From positions 10,411 to 74,410 of the forward strand of contig JBQCHO010000109.1 in NCBI GenBank assembly GCA_051954635.1: a stretch of 64,000 nt of DNA. Direction: 5' to 3'. The DNA is from Sphingomonas sp. GTDB lineage: Bacteria; Pseudomonadota; Alphaproteobacteria; Sphingomonadales; Sphingomonadaceae. Positions within the stretch are counted from its first letter, which is position 1. The number at the start of each line of letters is the position of its first letter. Shown here in pieces: positions 26,874-35,040 of this stretch. Below the pieces are notes generated by a model. That model ran no database searches, was not told the DNA's origin, and saw only the letters and a program-made list of their open reading frames with translations. Position numbers and translations under genes: made by a program.

Positions 26874-29125
26874 CGACCACCGCACAAGCAGAGCGCAGCG
26901 ACGCTTCCGGCAACCGCAAGGCAGAAGCAAAAAACGCGGCAACTGCAAGTCTTTATGTGCTGGCACTGCGCCAGGAGCTGGCAAATGGGCTGAAGCATAT
27001 CGGCAGTCTGTCGATCGGCGATCATCGTATCGAAGTCGCAGGCGGAGACGACTCGCTGTGGGCGATCATCCGGCGGCCCGGTCGCGGTGGTCTCGCGGTG
27101 CGCGCAGCTTTTGCCCCCGGTGGTTTTCGCGAGCTGAGCAAAGGGCGCTGCGACAACAGCAGGTTCGAGCTCGAATGCATCAGCGCGCTCGGCCGCCATC
27201 ATCTCTGCTTCGACGCGGGCGGTGCCGACGTGCGCCGATTTCACCTGCAAGCTTGGCTGACGCCGTCGCATGCCATGCTCGTTCCCTTTGCGCCGCGCGA
27301 CCTGTACCCATTAGACAGCAACGACGACCCTCTGGCGGCGACCGGTCGCGTCGAGGCTGCGCAGCGCGGTCCGAATTCGGGGCTTATCTACTTTTCGATC
27401 GACGATCCGGCGTTCGGACACGTCCTCTATTTCCAGGACCTCACCAATCTCAACCCGTACTTCCGCGCGACCGATACGACGCCGATGGGCGCCGTCGGCG
27501 GCGAATGGCCGGAGCTTGGTTATCTGCCGCCGACGCCACCGCAAAGCGGAACGCCGCCGGTTCGACCGTTACCTGCAAATCGAAAGACGATGCTCTCCGA
27601 CGCGGTCATCGTCCTGCGCGACGAAGCTGCGGCAAGTGAAGTCGAAAAGGCGCAGCAATTCATTCAGATGCTCGGCGTCGCGTACAAAACGATACAGCTT
27701 CCAAAGATCGAGTATCGCGATTGGGTCGGACGGGCGGATCAGACGCTAGCCGATCTCGGCAGCGCCTCGAGTGCAACATGCCGAGCTTATGGGCACCGCT
27801 ATATTCGTCCCTACACCGATGCGGAATATCCCGACAGCATGGTGCAGATGACGCTGATTGCCTCGCTCCACGACTTCGCGTCTTGGAGCGGTCGCGACGT
27901 GCCGCTGCTGGGCGAACTCGCTGCTGGAATGTCAAAATTCTACGATAGGCGGTTGAAGACGCTGCGGCGCTATTTGCCAAATGTCGGCAAGGACAAGAAC
28001 GCGAATGCGGTCGATTCCTGGTACCTGCTTCACCCCTTGCGTAACCTCGCTCGGCTTGCGCTCGCCGGCGAGCAATGGGCCAAGCGACTCCTGTTGCGCT
28101 CGATCGAATTTCCGATCCGGTCTGCGCACCATTTCAACTATATTTGGCCCATTCAATATGATGTCCGCGACTTTTCGGTGATCACCGAAACCCGCGGGGA
28201 CGAGGAACATGGTCAGACCGATGTCGGTGGCTTCTATGCTTTTGTCATGTTGCAAATGTTCGAGCTTACCGAAGATGACCGGTATCTAAATGAAGCGCGT
28301 GCGGCGATCGACGCTGCGATGGGTATGCGCTTCGAGCTCGAATATCAGGCCAATCTGACGGCTTGGGGGGCGGCAGCGTGCCTCCGCTTATGGCGCATTA
28401 CCAACGACGAACGGTACCGCGATCAGAGCTATGCTTATCTCGCGAGCTTCTTCCATAATTGCGAAATTTGGGAGTCCGAAATTAAAGCGGCTGAACATTA
28501 CAGCAATTTTCTTGGCGCGACCGCACTCCACGATTCTCCTTACATGGCGATGTACGAATGCTTCGACAGCTTTGCGGCGTTTGAACACCTCCTGCGCGAT
28601 TGCGGTCCAGAGATTGAACCCGCTGCGCGGATGCTGGTCAGCGAATACTGCAAATATGTACTGTACCGCGCCTGGTTCTATTATCCAGACGCTCTTCCAG
28701 CGGGCATCCTGGCCGATGAAATCCGCAACGGATTTATCGATCGCAAGCTGTCGTTCCCGCTCGAGGATCTCTATGCAGATGGCAGCCCTCCTGGGCGGGT
28801 CGGGCAGGAGATTTACGGCGCGGGAGCGCCCTTTATCTTCGCGTCGCGCGCCTTCCATACGATCGATGAGGCACCTTTCCTATTATTCTGTAATCATTTT
28901 ATATTAAGCAAAGAACGGACCGGCGAACGGGCGGTTAGCGTGCAGCTGACCGGCGGCGAAACGTGTATGGCATTGCTCGCCGTGATCCGGACCGGGCGAA
29001 AAAAGCTGCCGACGGTCACGCTCGTTGCACCCGACGGCGACCAATTCCGACCGAGCTGCGTCGCAGAAGACCGTATCGAGTTTCGCGTACCTGCTGATGC
29101 CCGCGTCGTTCTGAACTGGCATTGA
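26870..29125 (+). CDS. Large cytoplasmic protein of unknown function (751 aa)
   Basis: AAGGAGGAG RBS and ATGA overlap with the MFS stop. No signal peptide, TM segment or P-loop. Aromatic-rich helical segments. The ORF is long and uninterrupted in its frame. Confidence 0.8.
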   Translation: MTTTAQAERSDASGNRKAEAKNAATASLYVLALRQELANGLKHIGSLSIGDHRIEVAGGDDSLWAIIRRPGRGGLAVRAAFAPGGFRELSKGRCDNSRFELECISALGRHHLCFDAGGADVRRFHLQAWLTPSHAMLVPFAPRDLYPLDSNDDPLAATGRVEAAQRGPNSGLIYFSIDDPAFGHVLYFQDLTNLNPYFRATDTTPMGAVGGEWPELGYLPPTPPQSGTPPVRPLPANRKTMLSDAVIVLRDEAAASEVEKAQQFIQMLGVAYKTIQLPKIEYRDWVGRADQTLADLGSASSATCRAYGHRYIRPYTDAEYPDSMVQMTLIASLHDFASWSGRDVPLLGELAAGMSKFYDRRLKTLRRYLPNVGKDKNANAVDSWYLLHPLRNLARLALAGEQWAKRLLLRSIEFPIRSAHHFNYIWPIQYDVRDFSVITETRGDEEHGQTDVGGFYAFVMLQMFELTEDDRYLNEARAAIDAAMGMRFELEYQANLTAWGAAACLRLWRITNDERYRDQSYAYLASFFHNCEIWESEIKAAEHYSNFLGATALHDSPYMAMYECFDSFAAFEHLLRDCGPEIEPAARMLVSEYCKYVLYRAWFYYPDALPAGILADEIRNGFIDRKLSFPLEDLYADGSPPGRVGQEIYGAGAPFIFASRAFHTIDEAPFLLFCNHFILSKERTGERAVSVQLTGGETCMALLAVIRTGRKKLPTVTLVAPDGDQFRPSCVAEDRIEFRVPADARVVLNWH

Positions 29126-29351
29126 CGGTGGGCGTGCTTCGACCCTCCAAGGGGTTTGCCTCGCTCGGGATGATCGCCCCCGCTCGGCAGAGTTCTGGGC
29201 CGCCACGAGCTCAGTGTCGGGTGCGTAGCCGCCCTTCGCTCGCGAACTGTCTGCTTGTAGGCGATGGTGCCGAAGATCGCCGAAACATCCGCTCGCACCA
29301 CCCCATCACGATGCCGGGTGCAGACGCTCGCCATTCACGGAGCGGTTGCTA

Positions 29352-30398
29352 ATGGTCCGGACGAACCAGTTGCTGCCAGACGAAGCACGACCGATGGAGG
29401 CAAAACTCGTCGGCGAGCTGCCGCAAACCGGGCAATTGCAATTTGAACCGAAATGGGATGGCTTCCGAGCACTGGTTGCGCGCGACGGCGATACCGTCGA
29501 GATCCGCTCGAAGTCTGGCAAATCGCTGGCGCGCTTCTTTCCTGAAATCGTCACGATGGTTCTGGAGCTACCGAAGCGACGTTTCGTCGTCGATGGCGAG
29601 CTTCTCCTTCCGATCGGACCGACACTTTCATTCGACGCTCTGCAACAACGGCTTCATCCCGCAGCGAGCCGCATTGCCCGACTGTCGCGTGAAACGCCTG
29701 CTGAGTTCATGATGTTCGATTGCCTGGCCGTCGACAACGATGACTTGACCGGGGCGTCGCTTATCGAGCGTCGGCACAGCCTCGAGGCCTTTTTCGCCAA
29801 GTGTTGCCGACCGGGGCTCCGGCTATCGCCCAAGACCGAAGATCCGGCGGTCGCGCTTCAATGGCTTGCTAGCAGTGGCGGCGCGCTCGATGGAATCGTC
29901 GCAAAGCGGCTGGAGGAACACTACAAATTCGGTGAGCGTGCAATGCTCAAGCTCAAGCTGCAGCGGACTGCCGACTGCGTCCTAGGCGGTTTCAGGCGAT
30001 CGAAGGAGGGGAAGGTGGTCTCGCTGCTCCTCGGGCTCTTCAACGAACAGGGGCATCTCGACCATGTCGGCTTTTGCTCGGCCTTTGGCGAGGTCGATAT
30101 GGCGGCCCTTAGCCTCAAGCTAGCGAAGAACGCCGGCGGCGCAGGCTTCACCGGTAAGACGCCGGGTGGCCCTAGTCGCTGGAACGGTGGGCGCGAAAAG
30201 CCCTGGGAGCCCTTACAGCCGCAGTTGGTCGTCGAAGTTTCCTACGACCAGGTGACCGGGCAAAGATTTCGCCATGGCACTCGGTTCCTTCGCTGGCGTC
30301 CCGACAAGGCGCCCGCTCAATGTACCGTTGACCAGCTCGAGCACGAGATGCGCCCTGCAGAAATGAAGGGTCTGCTCGAGGCAAGCTCTAGTATCTAA
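29352..30398 (+). CDS. ATP-dependent DNA ligase (stand-alone LigC/LigD-ligase-domain type)
   Basis: Adenylation motif I FEPKWDGFRAL (KxDG), then EGIVAK-like DGIVAKR, KLK and an OB-fold C-terminus (RFLRWRPDK). Confidence 0.85.
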   Translation: MVRTNQLLPDEARPMEAKLVGELPQTGQLQFEPKWDGFRALVARDGDTVEIRSKSGKSLARFFPEIVTMVLELPKRRFVVDGELLLPIGPTLSFDALQQRLHPAASRIARLSRETPAEFMMFDCLAVDNDDLTGASLIERRHSLEAFFAKCCRPGLRLSPKTEDPAVALQWLASSGGALDGIVAKRLEEHYKFGERAMLKLKLQRTADCVLGGFRRSKEGKVVSLLLGLFNEQGHLDHVGFCSAFGEVDMAALSLKLAKNAGGAGFTGKTPGGPSRWNGGREKPWEPLQPQLVVEVSYDQVTGQRFRHGTRFLRWRPDKAPAQCTVDQLEHEMRPAEMKGLLEASSSI

Positions 30399-30432
30399 CC
30401 TCCAAGGACTTGTCCGCCGCAGGAGACTCAAT

Positions 30433-30458
30433 GGCACTGTAGCGACCATTCAAGCGTT
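30433..30458 (+). promoter_or_regulatory. Near-consensus sigma-EcfG-type promoter candidate
   Basis: GGCAC-N17-CGTT (one -35 mismatch), ~30 nt upstream of the GTG at 30489. Confidence 0.3.
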
Positions 30459-30488
30459 ATCCTCTCTCCAGTTAGATCGGAGTTTGCA

Positions 30489-30899
30489 GTGGGTAGCGCA
30501 TTCACCAGGATTGCGACGCGAAGCGCGAACCTAATGGGCCAGCCTATGGCGTTCTCGATCGCGGTGTTCGCATGCCTGATATGGGGAGTAACCGGCCCGG
30601 CCTTCCACTACTCCGACACTTGGCAACTCGTGATCAACACCGGCACAACGGTGCTGACGTTTCTGGCCGTGTTCCTCATTCAGAACGCCCAAAACCGAGA
30701 CGGCGCAGCAATTCAGGCGAAGCTCGACGAGTTGATGCGCGCTATTCCCAAGGCACGTCCCACTTTCATCGGCATCGAGCATCTTACCGACGCCGAAATT
30801 TGCGCAATCCGCGATGCGCTCGAGCGCGAAGCCGGCGGCGGGGCGCCGACCGCAAAATCGGCTGACAAGAGTGTGGACGAGCTGCTTGAACGGCGGTGA
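30489..30899 (+). CDS. Low-affinity iron permease family protein
   Basis: Two TM segments followed by IQNAQNRDGAAIQAKLDELMRA, the characteristic motif of this small family. Confidence 0.75.
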   Translation: MGSAFTRIATRSANLMGQPMAFSIAVFACLIWGVTGPAFHYSDTWQLVINTGTTVLTFLAVFLIQNAQNRDGAAIQAKLDELMRAIPKARPTFIGIEHLTDAEICAIRDALEREAGGGAPTAKSADKSVDELLERR

Positions 30900-31018
30900 T
30901 CAGGCGGTCGAGGACCTGCCGGCCTAGATATGGACCGGATTGGACAATTCGCTGAGCCATGCGAGTTTTCTCGTCTTGAGCCGCGGTGATTTGACGCTGC
31001 TGCGTCAGTCCAGAGCGG

Positions 31019-31273
31019 TTGCGCCATTTTAATGTCATTTCTGAGCGGCGCGCCTATGATCATTGTGTGACCGGAGAACGCACGACGATCGAACGCGCTA
31101 TCGAACTCGCCAAAAGCGGAAGCTGCGCGACTATCAACGATATACGCAAAGCGCTCAGAGCCGAGCGCTTTGACGCCGTCGATGCGAACCTCAGCGGTCA
31201 TTTTACCAAACACCAATTGAACGGCCTGATAAATGAAGCTCGCCGCAGCGCAGGCGATATCGGTCGCGATTGA
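31019..31273 (+). CDS. Hypothetical small protein
   Basis: ORF with a plausible GTG start at 31067 (VTGERTTIERAIELAKSG...). It resembles small conserved alphaproteobacterial hypotheticals from memory only. Confidence 0.35.
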   Translation: MRHFNVISERRAYDHCVTGERTTIERAIELAKSGSCATINDIRKALRAERFDAVDANLSGHFTKHQLNGLINEARRSAGDIGRD

Positions 31274-31416
31274 GACGATTTCGACAGGCTTATCGCGCGC
31301 GCCCGTCGGTGGAGTAGGCGCCGCGTCTTCGTCAGCCTCATAAGCTTAATGTCGATTGCAACGATTTGGCGCAACTCGGAAAAACCATTGCGCGTTGTTG
31401 CTTCTGGAGATGACCC

Positions 31417-31611
31417 ATGCCGGACCGAATGAACAAGCCACTCAACGTCGCGATTGAAGCCGACGACGTGTTTATCGATGGTCCGGCGGGGATAGTGGCA
31501 CACCTCAGCGCCGATGCCGCTCTCGAAACAGCCGAGAAGTTGAACGATGGCGCAGCGAAGGCTCTTGGGCATCGGCATATCGCAGCTTCGATCCGCAAGC
31601 CTCCTGTCTAG
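31417..31611 (+). CDS. Hypothetical small protein (64 aa)
   Basis: ORF with an ATG start and protein-like composition. No family recognised. Confidence 0.3.
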   Translation: MPDRMNKPLNVAIEADDVFIDGPAGIVAHLSADAALETAEKLNDGAAKALGHRHIAASIRKPPV

Positions 31612-31623
31612 CTTCCGCGTCGC

Positions 31624-32122
31624 GTGAATGCCCAAGAGCTCAAGTTCACGAAGACCTATGCTGCGTCGATTTTACTCGGCTTGGTCGTGGGCCAGAGATC
31701 GATGACGCCGCTCGCCGCAATTGCGGGGACGGCACGTCATGGCTCGTTGCCCTATGACAATCCCGCTGCCCGCCTGATGCCGCATTCGCTGCCCGCCGCG
31801 GGAGGTATAATGCTTGCTGCAGGCGAAGTCGCGGGCGATAAGATGAAGAACTTACCCGGTCGCACGGTCGCGCCCGGACTGATCGCCCGTGATCATGGGC
31901 AGTTTTGCAAGGGCCGCGATGGTGCCGCCAAAGCGACAGGCGGTCGGCGCGGTACTCGGCCTCGGCGCGGGGCTGACGTCTTCATTCTTGGCATTCGCCC
32001 CCCGTAAACGCGCGATCAGGCGCTGGGGCCAGACGCTAACCGGCTTCGCTGAGGGCGCGATCACGACAGGTGCAGCCAACGCGATCGCTCACGCTAGACT
32101 GTCTGGCGGCGCGAGCGCTTGA
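31624..32122 (+). pseudogene. DUF4126-like membrane protein, frameshifted
   Basis: Two overlapping ORFs (31624-32007 and 31889-32122) together read like one DUF4126 protein (GQRSMTPLAA...AGEVAGDKMKNLPGRTVAPGLIAR / ...GAVLGLGAGLTSSF). The frame change is near 31880-31890. Confidence 0.45.
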
Positions 32123-32217
32123 GTTGCCGTGTTCGTCGCGCGTACGGCAATTTGCGAGAGAAGCGGGTCATTTGCGCTGATAGGCGGCACCAATCGCGCC
32201 GACGCGCATTTGCATGC

Positions 32218-33897
32218 ATGATGCCGTGCACAATCGCTTTCGTCGGCGCTGGTCCGACGACAATCTATACGTTGCGCGCCTTCGTGGCGAACGCTGCCGG
32301 CCCGGCGAGCGTCACGATCTTCGAACGACAGCCACGCGCAGGCCTTGGCACGCCGTATCGGCCCGGGTGGAACGATCCGGCGATGCTCTCCAACATCGCC
32401 AGCATCGAGATCCCGCCGATCGAGGAGTCTCTGATCGCTTGGCTGGAGCGACAGCCCCGTGCGCGGTTGATCCGTCTCGGAATCGATCCCGACACGATAG
32501 ACGAACATGCTTTTTATCCGCGTCTCGCCCTTGGTGAATACTTCCTCGATCAATTCAACGCGCTGATCGACCGCGCCCGGGCGCTGGGCATCGAAGTCGC
32601 CGTCATCGCCAGTTCCGGTGTCGCTGATATCCGTGCTGTCGATGCTGGCTTTACGTTGACGGTGGAACGCGCAAATTCCCAGCCGGTCGAGCAAACCTTC
32701 GATCAGGTCGTTCTGGCGACCGGTCATCAATGGCCCGAGGATCCGGAGGCGCAGCCCGGCTACTTTCTCAGCCCGTGGCCCGCGAGTGCATTGCGGCGCA
32801 TCCCCGCCGACCAGATCGGCATCCGGGGCAGCTCGCTGACGGCGATTGACGCGGCGGTGGCGCTCGCTTGCGCCAACGGTACCTTTATTGAGACGGATGG
32901 CCAGTCACTAACTTACCGCCTCAACCCAGGTGCCGAGGCGCTGCATATGACGATGATGTCGCGCAAGGGGCTGCTGCCTGAAGCCGACTTCTTCCATCCG
33001 GTGCCTTATGAGCCACTGGCGATCTGCACGCCCGAGGCAATCGACAAGCTAATTGCTGACGAGTCCGACAAATTGCTCGAGCACGCTTTCGATTTATTCA
33101 AGGCGGAGCTGGCGCGCGACGATCCCACCTATGCCAAACAGGTATGTCTCGAAGATCTCGTGATCGAAGACTTTGCCGATCGGTATTTTGCCGATCGTGT
33201 CGCCGCTGACCCGTTCGACTGGGCGGTGGCCAATCTCGACGAGGCGCGTACCAATTTCGAACGCGCGTTCACCGTGCCATGGCGTTATGCGATCCTGCGC
33301 ATGCATGAGGTTTTGGCGCTGATCACGCCGCATCTCGACGAGGATGCGCTGCAACGCTTCAACCAATTTCTTAAGCCGGTGTTCGTCGACGAATATGCGA
33401 CAGTGCCGCACCTCTCGATCGAGCGCCTCCTTGCCTTGCATCGCGCCGGCGTTCTCGACGTCACGGCTCTCGGCGAGGATTACCGGATCGATACCCGCAG
33501 CGTCGAGCGGGGTGCGTTGGTAATAGTCGATGGGGAGCGACGACATTTCTCCGTCTTTATCGACGCTACCGGACAGCGGCCGCTCGCGATCGACAAATTC
33601 CCCTTCCAGACACTCATTGACCAGGGCGTCGTTCTTGATGCCGCGAGCGGAGAGGGGGAGGGGCCCAAGGGGGTCGAAGTTGATGATTGCTACCACCCTG
33701 TGTCGGCCCACGAAACCGCCGGCAATCTCTACTGTTTGAGCATCCCGTTCATCCTCGGTCGCCATCCCTTCATCCAAGGTATCACGAGCTCGTACGAAAT
33801 GGGCGAGGTTGTGGGCGCCGAGATTGCGGCGATGGCAGCAATGCCAGTGCAGCAAGGTGGCCTCGAGGGCGCGGATTGGACGGACAATTGCAAATGA
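32218..33897 (+). CDS. FAD/NAD(P)-binding domain protein (COG4529-like)
   Basis: N-terminal dinucleotide-binding motif IAFVGAGPTTIY and a second GSSLTAIDAA motif. Internal ATG of ORF 32119-33897. Confidence 0.8.
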   Translation: MMPCTIAFVGAGPTTIYTLRAFVANAAGPASVTIFERQPRAGLGTPYRPGWNDPAMLSNIASIEIPPIEESLIAWLERQPRARLIRLGIDPDTIDEHAFYPRLALGEYFLDQFNALIDRARALGIEVAVIASSGVADIRAVDAGFTLTVERANSQPVEQTFDQVVLATGHQWPEDPEAQPGYFLSPWPASALRRIPADQIGIRGSSLTAIDAAVALACANGTFIETDGQSLTYRLNPGAEALHMTMMSRKGLLPEADFFHPVPYEPLAICTPEAIDKLIADESDKLLEHAFDLFKAELARDDPTYAKQVCLEDLVIEDFADRYFADRVAADPFDWAVANLDEARTNFERAFTVPWRYAILRMHEVLALITPHLDEDALQRFNQFLKPVFVDEYATVPHLSIERLLALHRAGVLDVTALGEDYRIDTRSVERGALVIVDGERRHFSVFIDATGQRPLAIDKFPFQTLIDQGVVLDAASGEGEGPKGVEVDDCYHPVSAHETAGNLYCLSIPFILGRHPFIQGITSSYEMGEVVGAEIAAMAAMPVQQGGLEGADWTDNCK

Positions 33898-34024
33898 AGT
33901 TGTTCGCGATCTGCGTCCGTAGCGTGCCGATGTGCTGACCGCTGAATGCTAGACGGTAGCTAAGCTGATGTGACTTTCGCGGCATACCAATCGGCGTAAG
34001 GCGTATTCCTGATCATGTGCCGGT

Positions 34025-34474
34025 TTAGGTCGGGGCACCATCCGTCCACCAAGGCGGGCCCCGTTCGCCTAATTTCACTTTTGCCTGATTCACGGCGTCA
34101 TGCGCCTGCTTTTCGCTGATCGAATTGCCGGCGCGTCGCGCCGCTGCGATCGTTCGGCGCGCCGCCATGAGTTCCTGCACCAGCTTGTCCCGATCCTCGT
34201 TGGACAGCGCAGGATTCGACGCCCGCCATAGTCGCTCTCGGACTACGATATAGCGACCGTCAGGCGTTCGAGGTGGTTGAGGCTTCGAAGGCGACGCGTC
34301 ACGCTTTGGTCCGGCACTTCGGTGGCTTGGAGGCGACATAGGCGTCCAACTATCGACGACAGCGAACGAGCCATCTGGACGCTGGCGAGGGGAAAAACTG
34401 CTCCTCAAACTTGAACGCAAAGAACCGCCTGATGCAGCGGCCTTGCGAAACTCTTGTGTGATTGACTTCGCCAA
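34025..34474 (-). CDS. Conserved hypothetical protein (149 aa)
   Basis: The C-terminal half (GRYIVVRERLWRASNPALSNEDRDKLVQELMAARR...LGERGPPWWTDGAP) resembles a widespread uncharacterised alphaproteobacterial family, from memory only. Confidence 0.55.
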   Translation of the reverse strand: MAKSITQEFRKAAASGGSLRSSLRSSFSPRQRPDGSFAVVDSWTPMSPPSHRSAGPKRDASPSKPQPPRTPDGRYIVVRERLWRASNPALSNEDRDKLVQELMAARRTIAAARRAGNSISEKQAHDAVNQAKVKLGERGPPWWTDGAPT

Positions 34475-34546
34475 CTCACCTGGGTAAGGCGAATAAGTGG
34501 CTGTGTTTCAGTCACTTCGCCGCGAGGCGATGGCTAGGTTGTCGAC

Positions 34547-34591
34547 ATCATAATCCGCGTGTCGGGGGTTCAAGTCCCTCCTCCGCTACCA
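34547..34591 (+). other. Orphan 3' fragment of a CAT-anticodon tRNA (Met/Ile2 type); candidate attR
   Basis: atCATaa TCCGC GTGTC GGGGG-TTCAAGT-CCCTC CTCCGCT-A-CCA is present. The 5' anticodon-stem strand, D-arm and 5' acceptor strand (AGCGGAG) are absent upstream. Confidence 0.6.
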
Positions 34592-34816
34592 CCGTTGATT
34601 TCAGTTAGCGCAACATTCCGATCGTGCTGCGATGCGGCAATGACGGATCGATGGCGGCGCAAATGCCTGGCCATTGCAATCCGTCGCCGACTGTTCGCTA
34701 AATCAATGGACTTTGCGTTTGGCAAATCTCGGCCGACCACCGTACACCTCGAACCAGCCTGCGAGATCGCAGCACGGCTTGCCGAGGCTGGCTTCGTGCG
34801 CATCCATCGATGGGCC

Positions 34817-34846
34817 GTTGTCTGCCTCGCGGTTGTCTGCCTCGCG
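34817..34846 (+). repeat. Perfect 15-bp tandem duplication
   Basis: GTTGTCTGCCTCGCG at 34817-34831 and again at 34832-34846. Confidence 0.9.
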
Positions 34847-35040
34847 GCGATCGAACGCATCGAGCCGCGCGGTGATCGAGCCTGGCGTCTTTTTACTGAG
34901 CAGCGGTGCCCGCATCGACGCGAGCCCGCGCTTCGTCGCTGCCCTGCGGAAATTCTGACTAGAGGACTGGTTGCGCGATTAGCGAACTAGGGATTGAAGA
35001 GCCGAAATGGGCGTAGCGCTGCCATTGTCCTGATCAGTTT

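Larger units (their letters stand above)
1..34591. mobile_element. Partial integrative conjugative element (ICE): Trb/MPF-T conjugation module plus ~19 kb cargo. Right boundary provisionally at a tRNA 3' fragment; left end and integrase are outside the window.
   Basis: Contiguous relaxase-traG-copG-trbBCDEJLFGI-DUF2274 synteny at 838-14940. An orphan tRNA 3' half sits at 34547-34591 in the orientation expected for a distal att site. GC looks lower by eye in 15-34 kb than in 36-64 kb. Truncated chromosomal genes lie just beyond the fragment. Confidence 0.5.

Noticed and set aside
34511-34591. Complete tRNA-Met gene, or the acceptor piece of a two-piece alphaproteobacterial tmRNA
   Set aside because: No 5' acceptor strand or D-arm is present, and the anticodon stem cannot pair. 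The 3' acceptor strand CTCCGCT-A-CCA lacks the GGG/UCC with G3:U70 alanine identity needed for tmRNA, and I could find no tag-peptide frame downstream.
34559-34990. 143-aa ORF, plus overlapping ORFs on both strands, after the tRNA fragment
   Set aside because: It starts inside the tRNA fragment and reads through the 15-bp tandem duplication. There is no RBS and no recognisable motif, and three overlapping frames are equally open.
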